The position numbers were made by a program, and so were the translations under genes. Below the pieces are notes generated by a model. It worked only from the letters and a program-made list of their open reading frames with translations, had not been told where the DNA came from and ran no database searches. 64,000 nt of DNA from Oscillospiraceae bacterium (GTDB taxonomy: Bacteria; Bacillota; Clostridia; Oscillospirales; CAG-272): contig SVTD01000004.1 of NCBI GenBank assembly GCA_015063955.1, forward strand, positions 949-64,948, written 5' to 3'. Below, piece by piece: positions 8,587 through 18,419 of this stretch (position 1 is its first letter; each line of letters begins with the position of its first letter).

Positions 8587-9283
8587 AGAAATAAAAACAC
8601 TGGGCATTATTGCCGCAATGCAGATCGAGATCGACGGCATTAAAGAAAGAATCGAAAACCCCGAAACCGTAACCGTCAGCGGAGTGGACTTCGTTTGCGG
8701 TACTATCGGAGAAAAGAAGATCATTGCCGCAAAATGCGGCATCGGAAAGGTATTTGCCGCCCTCTGCGCTCAGACGATGATACTCAGGTTCGCCCCCGAC
8801 TGCATCATCAACACAGGCGTTGCGGGAGGACTTAACGACAACCTCAGAATCCTTGACGTTGTAGTTGCCACCGACGTGGTTCAGCACGATATGGATACCT
8901 CCCACATCGGCGACCCCGTGGGACTTATCTCCGGCATCAATATAATAAACATCCCCTGCGACCGCTTCGTTGCCGCCCTTCTTGCCGAAAGCGTTTCTGC
9001 CGTAGGGATCAGATGCCTTCGCGGCACCGTTGCAACGGGCGACCAGTTCGTTTGCACCGAGGAAAAGAGACAGTACATCAAAAACACCTTTAACGCCTCC
9101 GCCTGCGAGATGGAGGGCGGCGCTATCGGTCAGGTCTGCTACGTGAACGAGGTGCCCTTCGGTATCATCCGCGCCATTTCCGACGGCGGCGACGACAGCG
9201 CATCTATGGACTACCCCACCTTTGCCGCAAAGGCCGCAGAGAACTCCGTAAAGGCAGTTCTCCGCTTTATTGAAAGCTGCTGA
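8576..9283 (+). CDS. mtnN: 5'-methylthioadenosine / S-adenosylhomocysteine nucleosidase
   Basis: LGIIAAMQIEI...GIGKVFAALCAQTMI...ACEMEGGAIGQVC...IRAISD. The ATG at 8576 overlaps the luxS 3' end. Confidence 0.9.
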   Translation: MQNKEIKTLGIIAAMQIEIDGIKERIENPETVTVSGVDFVCGTIGEKKIIAAKCGIGKVFAALCAQTMILRFAPDCIINTGVAGGLNDNLRILDVVVATDVVQHDMDTSHIGDPVGLISGINIINIPCDRFVAALLAESVSAVGIRCLRGTVATGDQFVCTEEKRQYIKNTFNASACEMEGGAIGQVCYVNEVPFGIIRAISDGGDDSASMDYPTFAAKAAENSVKAVLRFIESC

Positions 9284-9312
9284 CAAATTATTATAAAATT
9301 GTTACAAATCTG

Positions 9313-9341
9313 TTGACAATAAAATACAGGTGTGATATTAT
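9313..9341 (+). promoter_or_regulatory. Promoter driving the lysine riboswitch leader
   Basis: TTGACA (9313-9318), 17 nt, TGa-TATTAT (extended -10, 9333-9341). Confidence 0.55.
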
Positions 9342-9364
9342 TATGCCTGTATTTAATAAGGAAA

Positions 9365-9500
9365 AGACTTGATAGAGGTGCGTCTGACAAGAGTAGTCCC
9401 GCAGGACGAAAGGGGATGACGCCGAAAGCTTCCGAAAGGATGCTTGGGACAATGCAAAATATGTATTGTACTGTCACGAAAGTGGAGCGCTGTCATGATC
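9365..9500 (+). promoter_or_regulatory. Lysine riboswitch (L-box)
   Basis: GATAGAGGTGCG...AAGAGTA...GAAAGGGGA...GCCGAAAG...TGGGAC...ACTGTCAC...GTGGAGCGCTGTC matches the conserved L-box core segments in the correct order. Confidence 0.9.
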
Positions 9501-9518
9501 CGTACAGACTTGTATTTG

Positions 9519-9546
9519 GACCGTGACACCGTCACGGTCTTTTCTT
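9519..9546 (+). terminator. Riboswitch expression-platform terminator
   Basis: GACCGTGAC-acc-GTCACGGTC followed by TTTTCTT, directly 3' of the aptamer. Confidence 0.8.
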
Positions 9547-9567
9547 ATAATAAGAAAGGAAAAAGCT

Positions 9568-11253
9568 ATGAAAAAAAGCACCATTCTCGTTATCGTAATG
9601 GCAGTGATCATTGTCGGCCTTTTCGTTTTCATCGCATTTGACGGTGGAAATCCTGATGCGACCGTGACCTGTCCCGATTGCGAAGGAGCTACCTGTGAGG
9701 CTTGCGAATGGATGGGCACCGTTGCCGCTGACACGCCCTACTACCGCACATGGACAGCTCTTCTCGCACCCGTTATCGCTATTGCACTTGCCCTTATCAC
9801 AAAGGAGGTATATTCCTCCCTCGTTATCGGTATCATTGCAGGCGGTCTTCTTGCGGCAGACTTCAACGTTGTCAAGACTGTTGACCTCGTTATTCAGGAA
9901 GGATTTATCGGCGCCATCTCCGGAACTGCCGGAATCTTTGCATTCCTTGTGATCCTCGGCGTTATGGTTGCCCTCGTTAACCGTGCAGGCGGAAGCGCCG
10001 CATTCGGTCGCTGGGCACAGAAGAACATCAAGTCCAAGATCGGTGCCTCTATCTGCACCTTCATTCTCGGTGTTCTCATCTTTATCGACGACTATTTCAA
10101 CTGTCTCACCGTCGGTGCAGTTATGCGCCCCGTTACAGACAACGCCAAGATCTCCAGAGCAAAGCTTGCATACCTTATCGATGCAACTGCAGCTCCCATT
10201 TGTATGATCGCCCCCATCTCCTCCTGGGCTGCGGCTGTTGCCGATTATGCCAAGGATGCTGGCGATATTGACGGTCTTGCCCTCTTTATCAAGGCTATTC
10301 CCTACAACCTCTACTCTCTTCTCACCTTCGTTTTCATTATCGCAATTACACTTATGAAGTTTGATTTCGGTCCTATGAAGACACACGAGCACCACGCACA
10401 GCTCGGCAATCTCACCTTCGGTGGCGAGGGCGAGGCTGTTGAAGAGGAAAAGGCAAACGAAAAGGGCAGAGTTCTCGATCTTCTTCTTCCCGTTATCGTT
10501 CTCGTAGCTATCTGCGTTCTCGCGCTTCTCTACGTTGGCGGCTTCTTCACGGCTGACAGCGGCGTTTATATGGACTTTGCAAATGCGTTCGGTAATACGG
10601 ATGCAACAGTAGGTCTTCCCCTCGGCGCATTCGTAGCACTCGTATTCACCATCGTATACCTTATGTGCCGCCGCATCGTAAGCTTCAAGGAGGCTATGGC
10701 GTGCGTGCCCAAGGGCTTTATCGCAATGGTTCCCGCTATCCTTATCCTTACGTTTGCAACCAGCCTTAAGAATATGACAGGTCTCCTCGGCGCTGACGTT
10801 TACGTTGACTCCCTTATGTCCGGAGCAGCAGAGGGCCTTGCAAACTTCCTCCCCGCTATCATCTTCCTCGTAGCCGTAGGTCTTTCCTTCTCTACAGGAA
10901 CCTCCTGGGGAACGTTCGGTATCCTTATCCCCATCGTAACAGCGATCTTCCCCGCAAACGATCCTCTTCTCATAATCGGTATGTCTGCATGCCTTGCAGG
11001 TGCGGTTTGCGGCGACCACTGCTCCCCCATCTCCGATACGACTATTATGTCAAGTGCAGGTGCTCAGTGTAACCACGTAGCTCACGTATCTACTCAGCTC
11101 CCTTATGCGCTCACCGTTGCAGGACTGTCCTTCGTTGGATACATCCTCTTCGCATTCATCTCCCAGTGGTACATCGTTCTCCCCATTATGGCTGTGGCAA
11201 CAGTAGCAACTCTCTTTGTTATCAAGGCACTTACAAATAAAAAGAACGCATAA
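9568..11253 (+). CDS. NhaC-family (Na+/H+ antiporter-like) transporter, candidate lysine transporter, with an extra N-terminal TM helix and Cys-rich loop
   Basis: Polytopic membrane protein with an NhaC-like repeat architecture. The ATG at 9568 has an AAAGGA RBS. It lies under L-box control. Confidence 0.88.
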   Translation: MKKSTILVIVMAVIIVGLFVFIAFDGGNPDATVTCPDCEGATCEACEWMGTVAADTPYYRTWTALLAPVIAIALALITKEVYSSLVIGIIAGGLLAADFNVVKTVDLVIQEGFIGAISGTAGIFAFLVILGVMVALVNRAGGSAAFGRWAQKNIKSKIGASICTFILGVLIFIDDYFNCLTVGAVMRPVTDNAKISRAKLAYLIDATAAPICMIAPISSWAAAVADYAKDAGDIDGLALFIKAIPYNLYSLLTFVFIIAITLMKFDFGPMKTHEHHAQLGNLTFGGEGEAVEEEKANEKGRVLDLLLPVIVLVAICVLALLYVGGFFTADSGVYMDFANAFGNTDATVGLPLGAFVALVFTIVYLMCRRIVSFKEAMACVPKGFIAMVPAILILTFATSLKNMTGLLGADVYVDSLMSGAAEGLANFLPAIIFLVAVGLSFSTGTSWGTFGILIPIVTAIFPANDPLLIIGMSACLAGAVCGDHCSPISDTTIMSSAGAQCNHVAHVSTQLPYALTVAGLSFVGYILFAFISQWYIVLPIMAVATVATLFVIKALTNKKNA

Positions 11254-11258
11254 AAAAA

Positions 11259-11290
11259 GACCGTCAGGCGAAAGCCTGACGGTTTCTTTT
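11259..11290. terminator. Bidirectional terminator between convergent genes
   Basis: A-tract, GACCGTCAGGC-gaaa-GCCTGACGGT, then TTCTTTT. Confidence 0.75.
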
Positions 11291-11292
11291 CG

Positions 11293-11916
11293 TTATTTTA
11301 TGCTGTAGTAGAGTTTGTCGAATGCGTCTGCATAATGACGGGCGATAAGGCGGCTGCCTGCATCGTTGGGATGAACGCCGTCCTCAGACCAGCACTCGGA
11401 GGGAGCTGTCACACAAGCTGCTGCAAAGATTCCGTCAAGGGGAATATAGAGATCAGCAAACTCGCGGGCAAGCTTTCTCATAACGTCGATCTTGGGATTG
11501 AGGTCCTCGCGGAACCAGTCCTTATCCTCTGTGGGAAGGAGGAAGGGCTCGAGAATGAGGATCTTTGCGTTTGTCTTTTCCTTTACCTCTGTGAGCAGGT
11601 AGCGGACGTTCTTCTCGAAATCCTCGTTGGAAAGCCAGGGAACGCCTGCATCGGCGCGGTGCCAGATATCGTTGATACCGATAAGGAGAGAGAAGAAATC
11701 GGGCTTAAGATCAGTGCAGTCACGGTCCCAGCGCTGTGTGAGATCGTAGGTCTGCTGACCGCTGATGCCGTGGTTCTGGAATTCAAACTCGCACTCGGGG
11801 TGGCGATGCTTGATAGCCTCGATTGCATACTTAACGTAGCCCCAGCCGTAGTCGAAGGGGTTGCCGTGATCGCGGCAGCCTGCGGTGATGGAGTCACCCT
11901 GGAAAACTATTCTCAT
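11293..11916 (-). CDS. SGNH/GDSL-family hydrolase
   Basis: MRIVFQGDSITAG (block I), LIGINDIW (block III), DGVHPN (block V). Start at 11916 with an AGAGG RBS. The longer ORF-track version overlaps trmL. Confidence 0.85.
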   Translation of the reverse strand: MRIVFQGDSITAGCRDHGNPFDYGWGYVKYAIEAIKHRHPECEFEFQNHGISGQQTYDLTQRWDRDCTDLKPDFFSLLIGINDIWHRADAGVPWLSNEDFEKNVRYLLTEVKEKTNAKILILEPFLLPTEDKDWFREDLNPKIDVMRKLAREFADLYIPLDGIFAAACVTAPSECWSEDGVHPNDAGSRLIARHYADAFDKLYYSIK

Positions 11917-11926
11917 AATATACCTC

Positions 11927-12421
11927 TTATTTCTCGGGGCAAAGTTTGCCCGTGTATTTTTGATCGGGGAAGTCGTGCTGTCGGAGAGCCTCGTAAACAC
12001 CCACGGCAACGGCGTTTGAAAGATTGAGACAGCGCTGTCCGTCACGCATTGGGATACGGACGCATCTGTCGTAGTTTTCTCTCAGAAAGTCCTCGGGAAG
12101 ACCCTTTGTTTCCTTGCCGAACATCAGGTATACGGGCAGGGGATAGGACTCTTCCGTATAGGAGCGGGGTGCCTTTGAGGAAAAGCAGTAAAAATCGCAT
12201 TCGGGATTTTTTTCGAAGAAATCCGCAAGAGAATCGTAGTAGTATATTTCAAGTGAGTGCCAGTAGTCAAGCCCAGCACGGTGAAGCTTTGCGTTGTCTA
12301 TGGTAAAGCCCATAGGTCCCACAAGATGGAGCGCCGCTCCCGTAACTGCACAGGTTCGGGCAACGTTTCCCGTGTTCTGTGGGATTTCAGGCTCAACGAG
12401 CACGATGTTTATGTTGTTCAT
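11927..12421 (-). CDS. trmL: tRNA (cytidine/uridine-2'-O)-methyltransferase, SpoU/TrmL type
   Basis: NIVLVEPEIPQNTGNVARTCAVTGAALHLVGPMGF...AGLDYWH...YLMFGKETKGLP...RIPM. Confidence 0.9.
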   Translation of the reverse strand: MNNINIVLVEPEIPQNTGNVARTCAVTGAALHLVGPMGFTIDNAKLHRAGLDYWHSLEIYYYDSLADFFEKNPECDFYCFSSKAPRSYTEESYPLPVYLMFGKETKGLPEDFLRENYDRCVRIPMRDGQRCLNLSNAVAVGVYEALRQHDFPDQKYTGKLCPEK

Positions 12422-12445
12422 TGTTGTTCCTTTGTGTGGGGATTA

Positions 12446-12502
12446 CGCAAAGAACTTTTTTGTAAAAAAGTTCTCTGCACTCTCAAAAAACTTTAAAAAG
12501 GG
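12446..12502 (+). repeat. Structured intergenic repeat, copy B
   Basis: CGCAAAGAACTTTTTTGTAAAAAAGTTCTCTGCACTCTCAAAAAACTTTAAAAAGGG. It is about 90% identical to 4505-4560, and a G>A change in the stem is matched by C>T on the opposite arm. Confidence 0.55.
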
Positions 12503-12655
12503 ATTATAAATTTGGGTTTGTCGGTGGGGGAGAGCTCGCCGAAGCTTGAACTGTTCGACAAACTTAAATTTGAAAGATATCATTCGTTCTTCGAAAAGTA
12601 TACCATTATAATCTCCGTTTGTCTACGATTCGGGTGAAAATTTAACAAAATACCA

Positions 12656-12683
12656 TTGAAATAATTGAGATATATAGTATAAT
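12656..12683 (+). promoter_or_regulatory. Candidate secA promoter
   Basis: TTGAAA, 16 nt, TATAAT. It lies about 70 nt upstream of the secA ATG. Confidence 0.5.
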
Positions 12684-12754
12684 GATATTTTAAGGAAGTG
12701 TTTATAAATATGCGGCTTGCCCGTATGTTTTCCTAAGGAAAGGAGTTTCATAAA

Positions 12755-15499
12755 ATGGGACTTATAGAAAAAATATTCGGATCATACAGCGATAAGCAGA
12801 TCAAGAAGATCGTGCCTATCGTTGATAAAATAGAAGATCTTGCCGATAAATATAAGGCAATGTCCGACAGCGAAATGCGCGCCATGACCGACACCTTCAA
12901 GGCACAGCTTGCAGGCGGCATGACTCTTGACGATATCCTCCCCGAGGCCTTTGCGCTGGTTCGTGAGGCGGCTGACCGAGTTCTCGGTAAGCGCCCCTTC
13001 AGAGTTCAGCTCATGTGTGGTATTCTTCTCCATCAGGGAAGGATCGCAGAGATGAAGACAGGTGAGGGTAAGACTCTCGTTGCAGTTCTCCCCTCATACC
13101 TCAATGCGCTGACAGGCAAGGGCGTTCACGTCGTTACCGTAAACGAATACCTTGCAAAGATGGGTCAGGAGGAGATGGGAAGAGTTCACGAGTTTCTCGG
13201 ACTCACAACAGGTCTCGTTATCCACGATCAGACGAGAAAGGAAAAGCAGGCGGCTTACAACTGCGATATCACCTACGGTACGAACAACGAGTTCGGCTTT
13301 GACTACCTCCGTGACAATATGGTCACATACAAGGAAAATCAGACCCAGCGCGGACACAACTTCGCCATCGTTGACGAGGTGGACTCCATCCTCATCGATG
13401 AGGCGAGAACTCCTCTTATCATTTCCGGCCACGGCTCAAAGATCGACGAGCTTTACGGCCGTGCCGACAGCCTCGTTCGCAGAATGTCCAAATTCGTTAT
13501 CAAGGAAATGGACACGAAGGTTGAGTACGATACGGTAGAAGAGGACTACGTCATCGATGAAAAGGCGAGAAACTGCACACTCACCGCAAACGGTATCAAA
13601 AAGGCTGAGGAATTTTTCGGCATCGAAAACTTCTCCGATCCCGAGAACGCCGATATTTCACATCACGTTTATCAGGCGATGCGCGCTCACGGTATTATGA
13701 AGCGCGACACCGACTACGTTATAAAGGATAACGAGGTCCTTATCGTTGACAGCTTTACGGGCCGTATCATGCCAGGACGCCGCTACTCCGACGGTCTCCA
13801 TCAGGCAATTGAGGCAAAGGAAGGCGTCGAGATCCAGCGCGAGAACCGCACTATTGCAACCATTACGTTCCAGAACTACTTCAGAATGTATAAAAAGCTC
13901 TCCGGTATGACGGGTACAGCTCTTTCCGAAAAGGAAGAGTTTGAGGAGATCTACAGCCTTGACGTTGTTGCAGTTCCCACGAACAAGCCCATGATCCGTA
14001 CAGACCACCCCGACGTGGTTTACACAAGCGTTGCGGGCAAGGAGCGTGCAATCATCGAGCAGATCAAGAAGTGCCACGAAAAGGGTCAGCCCGTTCTCGT
14101 AGGCACCGTATCCGTTGAAAAGTCCGAGCTTCTTTCAAAAAAGCTTAAGGCCCAGGGCATTCCTCATACCGTGCTGAACGCAAAGTTCCACGAAAAGGAG
14201 GCGGAGATCGTAGCTCAGGCAGGTAAGCTTGGCGCCGTTACCATCTCCACAAATATGGCAGGTCGAGGAACTGACATTCTCCTCGGCGGTAATGCTGAGT
14301 TCCTTGCCAAGGTGCAGATGAGAAAAGAGGGCTACGAGGAAGAGGTAATTATGCTTGCCACAGGCTCCTCCCAGTCTGTTTCCGAGGAGGTTTTTGCCGC
14401 CCGCGCTCACTTCAAGGAGCTTTACGATAAATATCAGGAACAGATCCGCCCCGAGGCTGAAAAGGTCTGTGAGGCAGGCGGTCTTTTCGTGATCGGAACG
14501 GAGCGCCACGAGGCTCGCCGTATCGACAATCAGCTCCGCGGTCGAAGCGGCCGTCAGGGCGACCCCGGCGAATCCCGATTCTACCTTTCTATGCAGGACG
14601 ATCTTATGCGTCTCTTCGGCAGTGAGAGAGTTCTCGGCATAATCAATGCAATGGGCATTCCCGAGGATACTCCCATCGATGCGAAGATACTTTCAAACTC
14701 CATCGAGTCTGCTCAGAAGCACCTGGAGGATCAGAACTTCCAGAGAAGAAAGAACGTTATCGCATACGACGACGTTATGAACCTCCAGCGTCAGAAGATC
14801 TACGAGCAGCGTCAGGACGTTCTTGAGGGAATCTCCCTTCGTGACAGGATAGTCTCCTGGATAGAATCCAATATTGCCGATACCGTTGACGCCTGCCTCG
14901 CCGCTGAGGACAGAGAGGCTTGGGAGGTGGATACTCTTATCAATAAATACGCAGGTCTTCTCTGCACGAGAGAGGATATTGCCGCTCTCCCCGAAAAAAA
15001 TGCGAAAGAACAGCTTACCGAGCAGATGACTGCTAAGGCTATGGCGCTTTACGAGGATAAGGAAAAGAATCTCTTCGGCGAGGATGAGATGCGCGAGGTT
15101 GAGCGAGTTATCCTTCTCCGCAACGTTGACCAGAAGTGGATGGATCACCTTGAGGCTATGGACAGCCTTATGGAATCCGTAGGTCTTCAGGCATACGCTC
15201 AGCGTAACCCCATAAGCGAGTACCGCCTTGCAGGAGACGAGCTTTTTGCAGACCTCGTTGAAATGATCCGTGACGATACTGTAAGAATGATGCTCACCGT
15301 TATGCCAAAGCCCAAGGTTATGGAGCGCGAGCAGATAGCAAAGCCCACAACGGCAGGCTTCCAGGGTGACGGCACTCTGAAAAAGAAGCCCGTAGTTAAA
15401 AAGGCAGAGGAGAAGGTGGGCAGAAACGATCCCTGCCCCTGCGGAAGCGGCAAAAAGTATAAAAAGTGCTGCGGTGCAGGAAATGCAAACGAAAACTAA
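12755..15499 (+). CDS. secA: Preprotein translocase ATPase SecA
   Basis: MKTGEGKT Walker [46 protein letters not shown]-terminal zinc motif [14 protein letters not shown]. Confidence 0.97.
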   Translation: MGLIEKIFGSYSDKQIKKIVPIVDKIEDLADKYKAMSDSEMRAMTDTFKAQLAGGMTLDDILPEAFALVREAADRVLGKRPFRVQLMCGILLHQGRIAEMKTGEGKTLVAVLPSYLNALTGKGVHVVTVNEYLAKMGQEEMGRVHEFLGLTTGLVIHDQTRKEKQAAYNCDITYGTNNEFGFDYLRDNMVTYKENQTQRGHNFAIVDEVDSILIDEARTPLIISGHGSKIDELYGRADSLVRRMSKFVIKEMDTKVEYDTVEEDYVIDEKARNCTLTANGIKKAEEFFGIENFSDPENADISHHVYQAMRAHGIMKRDTDYVIKDNEVLIVDSFTGRIMPGRRYSDGLHQAIEAKEGVEIQRENRTIATITFQNYFRMYKKLSGMTGTALSEKEEFEEIYSLDVVAVPTNKPMIRTDHPDVVYTSVAGKERAIIEQIKKCHEKGQPVLVGTVSVEKSELLSKKLKAQGIPHTVLNAKFHEKEAEIVAQAGKLGAVTISTNMAGRGTDILLGGNAEFLAKVQMRKEGYEEEVIMLATGSSQSVSEEVFAARAHFKELYDKYQEQIRPEAEKVCEAGGLFVIGTERHEARRIDNQLRGRSGRQGDPGESRFYLSMQDDLMRLFGSERVLGIINAMGIPEDTPIDAKILSNSIESAQKHLEDQNFQRRKNVIAYDDVMNLQRQKIYEQRQDVLEGISLRDRIVSWIESNIADTVDACLAAEDREAWEVDTLINKYAGLLCTREDIAALPEKNAKEQLTEQMTAKAMALYEDKEKNLFGEDEMREVERVILLRNVDQKWMDHLEAMDSLMESVGLQAYAQRNPISEYRLAGDELFADLVEMIRDDTVRMMLTVMPKPKVMEREQIAKPTTAGFQGDGTLKKKPVVKKAEEKVGRNDPCPCGSGKKYKKCCGAGNANEN

Positions 15500-15563
15500 A
15501 CTTATTCCGTGAATTTTTTCCTTCCCCGGGAAGGGAAAAATAAATAGAAAGGAATGGTCGGAT

Positions 15564-17030
15564 ATGAAAAGAAAAACAGACCCCCTTCGCCTGGGGCTGA
15601 TCGCAACGGGCGCAATATTTCTGTTTAACCCTACCATAAATATCGTAGATCCCCTCCCCGATTTTATCGGCTTCTGGATCATCGCCTACGCTCTGACAGC
15701 CCTTTCGTATATGTCAGATCTCGTATATAACGCAAGAAAAAATTTCGTGTATCTTGCGTTCCTTGAGGCGGCAAAGCTTCTGGTAATGCTTACGGTCCCC
15801 GGCAACTCAGGCTCCTATCTCGTGCTTATGACCTTCAGCTTTACCGTTCTTGAAACCATACTTTTCCTTCCCGCAACAGATCATCTTTTTGAGGGAATGA
15901 GCTCTCTCGGAGTAAGATACGGAGCCGGAGACAGCCTTTTTTACGTTCCTCTTTCCGGATCAAGACAGAGAAAAATAAAAAAGCTTACTGCTCTTATCGA
16001 GAGCGAAAGTGACGGCGCAAAAAAAGAGGTGCTTTCGAAAAAGAGAAATAAGGCGTCAAAGAGAATGTCCGTTGGATTTCTCAAGGTGTTCACCGTGGCG
16101 GCGTTCCTTGTCCGCGCGCTGGGCGCCCTTCTTCCCACGCTTCCCAACCTCAAGCTTTACGGAGATACCCTTTTCGTAACTGCCGGTCAGATAAACTGGT
16201 CCCAGTTTACGGGAATATTCTACGTTCTTGCCTGGATCGCAGGCTTTGCGGTGTGCATTCCCTGGCTTCTCTCCTTCAGAAGATACTGGAACGGCGTTTG
16301 CTACGAGGAAGCATTTGAGGTTTCCGTCTATACGAAATATGCGTCGGAAATACTCACCGATAAGGGCAGGCTTTATGCCGATCTTATGAAAAAGGTAATG
16401 ATACTCTCAGTAGTTGCCTGTGCTGCGACCTTTACCTTCCCCGTAGATAACGTAAACTTTGTACCAAATCTTATAGTGGCAGGGCTTCTCATTGCGGCTC
16501 TCGTATATCTTCGTCCCTTTGGCGGTGCTTTATCGTTTGCCGGAATGGCCTCCTGCAGTATCTGGGCAGTGCTTTCCGCCATCGGTATCTGGCTCCAGTC
16601 AGAGTATAAGGCAATGAACTACGATCCTGCGGCGGCAGTTGCCTTCGGCGGCGAGGGCAGAGGCGCGGCAAAGGAAATGTATTTCAGAATGGAGATATTC
16701 TCCTATGCCGAGGCGGCATTCTTCCTTATCAGCGCTCTGATCTTTGCATTTGTTTTCGTAAAGGCCCTCAGCGTACATATCGGCATGATGCCTCCCAGAC
16801 GGGACGGACTTGAAAGAGATAAGAAAAAGCTTCAGAAATGCCTGAAGCCCGTTGCCATCAGCGGCGGAGTGGTTATTGCCTTCAATGCGGTCCTCACCTT
16901 TGTCACAAAGTGGTTTGCCGGCGCATGGATCATAAATATGGCGGCAGTCATCGTGCTTTTCGTGTTTGCTCTCCGCGCATATTACAGTCTTTACGATAAC
17001 GTCTACACCCCTCTGAAAAGAAAATTCTAA
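15564..17030 (+). CDS. Polytopic membrane protein of unknown function
   Basis: Many hydrophobic helices and one Lys/Arg-rich loop (SRQRKIKKL...KKRNKASKR). I recognise no family. Confidence 0.75.
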   Translation: MKRKTDPLRLGLIATGAIFLFNPTINIVDPLPDFIGFWIIAYALTALSYMSDLVYNARKNFVYLAFLEAAKLLVMLTVPGNSGSYLVLMTFSFTVLETILFLPATDHLFEGMSSLGVRYGAGDSLFYVPLSGSRQRKIKKLTALIESESDGAKKEVLSKKRNKASKRMSVGFLKVFTVAAFLVRALGALLPTLPNLKLYGDTLFVTAGQINWSQFTGIFYVLAWIAGFAVCIPWLLSFRRYWNGVCYEEAFEVSVYTKYASEILTDKGRLYADLMKKVMILSVVACAATFTFPVDNVNFVPNLIVAGLLIAALVYLRPFGGALSFAGMASCSIWAVLSAIGIWLQSEYKAMNYDPAAAVAFGGEGRGAAKEMYFRMEIFSYAEAAFFLISALIFAFVFVKALSVHIGMMPPRRDGLERDKKKLQKCLKPVAISGGVVIAFNAVLTFVTKWFAGAWIINMAAVIVLFVFALRAYYSLYDNVYTPLKRKF

Positions 17031-17032
17031 AG

Positions 17033-17063
17033 AAAAAAAGCCTTGCATTGCAAGGCTTTTTTC
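17033..17063. terminator. Bidirectional terminator
   Basis: AAAAAAA-GCCTTGC-att-GCAAGGC-TTTTTT between convergent genes. Confidence 0.8.
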
Positions 17064-17064
17064 T

Positions 17065-17481
17065 TTATTTCGCTGCGGTCTCGCAGTAGATGCAGCGGTA
17101 TACGCCCTTTTCAACGTCGGTGAGCTTGAAGATATGGTCAAGCTCCTGCTCAACTGTTGTAATACAACGGGGATTCTTGCACTTGATAACGTTTCTGAGC
17201 TCTGCGGGAAGAGTAACGCTCTTCTTTTCGCAGATCGTGCCGTCCTTGATAATGTTGATGGTCACGGAGGGGGCAACGTATCCTACGATATCAAAGTTAA
17301 CGGGGATATCGGCGTCGATCTTGATGATATCCTTCTTACCCATTTTTGCGCTGCCTGCGTTTTTGATGATGGCAACGGGGCAATCGAGGCTATCAAGATT
17401 GAGAAGCTCAAAAAGAAGCATTCCGCGGCCTGCGGGGATATGGTCGATAACGATACCGTTCTTTATTTCATCAATTTTCAC
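17065..17481 (-). CDS. pyrI: Aspartate carbamoyltransferase regulatory subunit
   Basis: IKNGIVIDHIPAG and the C-terminal zinc domain CKNPRCIT...YRCIYCE. Confidence 0.92.
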   Translation of the reverse strand: MKIDEIKNGIVIDHIPAGRGMLLFELLNLDSLDCPVAIIKNAGSAKMGKKDIIKIDADIPVNFDIVGYVAPSVTINIIKDGTICEKKSVTLPAELRNVIKCKNPRCITTVEQELDHIFKLTDVEKGVYRCIYCETAAK

Positions 17482-17495
17482 GTTTGTTACCTCCC

Positions 17496-18419
17496 TCAGA
17501 TAGTACCTGCTTCTGTGAGCAGCTTTAAGATAAGAGCCATACGGATATACTTACCGTTGTTTACCTGACGGAAGTATGCGGCTCTGGGGTCAGAGTCGAT
17601 AGCGGTGCTTATCTCGTTGACGCGGGGCAGGGGATGCATGATGCAAAGGTCCTCCTTGGCGGGGATAAGCTTTTCGGGAGTGAGGATATAGCTGTCCTTG
17701 AGGCGGAGATAGTCCTCCTCGTTGAAGAATCTCTCGCGCTGAACTCTCGTCATATAGAGAACGTCAAGCTCGGGCATGACCTCTTCAAGGCTTTCTGTCT
17801 GCTTATAGGGAATGCTGTTCTTCTGGAGAACGTCCTTTTTTACGTAGCTGGGCAGCTTAAGCTCCTCGGGGGAGATGAGAACGACGTTGATTCCCTCGTA
17901 GCGGGAAAGGGCTGTAATGAGGGAGTGAACCGTTCTTCCGAACTTAAGGTCGCCGCAGAAACCGATGGTGAAATTATTAAGTCTGCCCTTCTCACGGCTG
18001 ATGGTGAGAAGGTCTGTAAGAGTCTGTGTAGGGTGGTTATGGCCGCCGTCTCCCGCGTTGATAACGGGGATAGACGCGTTGTTTGCCGCAACGAGGGGGG
18101 CGCCCTCCTTCGGGTGGCGCATAGCAATAATATCGGCGTAGCAGGATACCGTCTTTGCAGTATCGGCAACGCTCTCGCCCTTGGATGAGGAGGAGCTCTG
18201 TGCCTCGGAGAAGCCGAGAACGTTTCCTCCAAGCTCCATCATAGCCGCCTCAAAGGAAAGGCGTGTACGTGTGGAGGGCTCGAAGAAAAGAGTGGCAAGC
18301 TTCTTTCTCTTGCACTTGTCGCAGTACTTGTCGGGGTTTGCGATAATATCGTTTGCAACGCCGATAAGCTCGTCTATTTCAGCGGGTGTGAAGTCGAGAA
18401 TGTCAATTAAGCTTCTCAT
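17496..18419 (-). CDS. pyrB: Aspartate carbamoyltransferase catalytic subunit
   Basis: [32 protein letters not shown]. Confidence 0.95.
   Translation of the reverse strand: MRSLIDILDFTPAEIDELIGVANDIIANPDKYCDKCKRKKLATLFFEPSTRTRLSFEAAMMELGGNVLGFSEAQSSSSSKGESVADTAKTVSCYADIIAMRHPKEGAPLVAANNASIPVINAGDGGHNHPTQTLTDLLTISREKGRLNNFTIGFCGDLKFGRTVHSLITALSRYEGINVVLISPEELKLPSYVKKDVLQKNSIPYKQTESLEEVMPELDVLYMTRVQRERFFNEEDYLRLKDSYILTPEKLIPAKEDLCIMHPLPRVNEISTAIDSDPRAAYFRQVNNGKYIRMALILKLLTEAGTI

Noticed and set aside
8035-8742. 235-aa minus-strand ORF across luxS and the mtnN start
   Set aside because: It is antisense to two well-supported genes, has no RBS, and begins in an A/T-rich repeat.
12521-12634. 37-codon GTG-initiated ORF (VGESSPKLELFDKLKFERYHSFFEKYTIIISVCLRFG) in the trmL/secA spacer
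   Set aside because: It has no RBS and a GTG start inside the loop of an inverted repeat, and its composition is unremarkable. It is more likely non-coding.
15500-15563. Hairpin TTTTTCCTTCC-ccg-GGAAGGGAAAAA after secA as a terminator
   Set aside because: There is no U-tract after the stem in + sense, because the Ts are part of the left arm. It probably does not terminate efficiently, so the downstream membrane gene is treated as co-transcribed.
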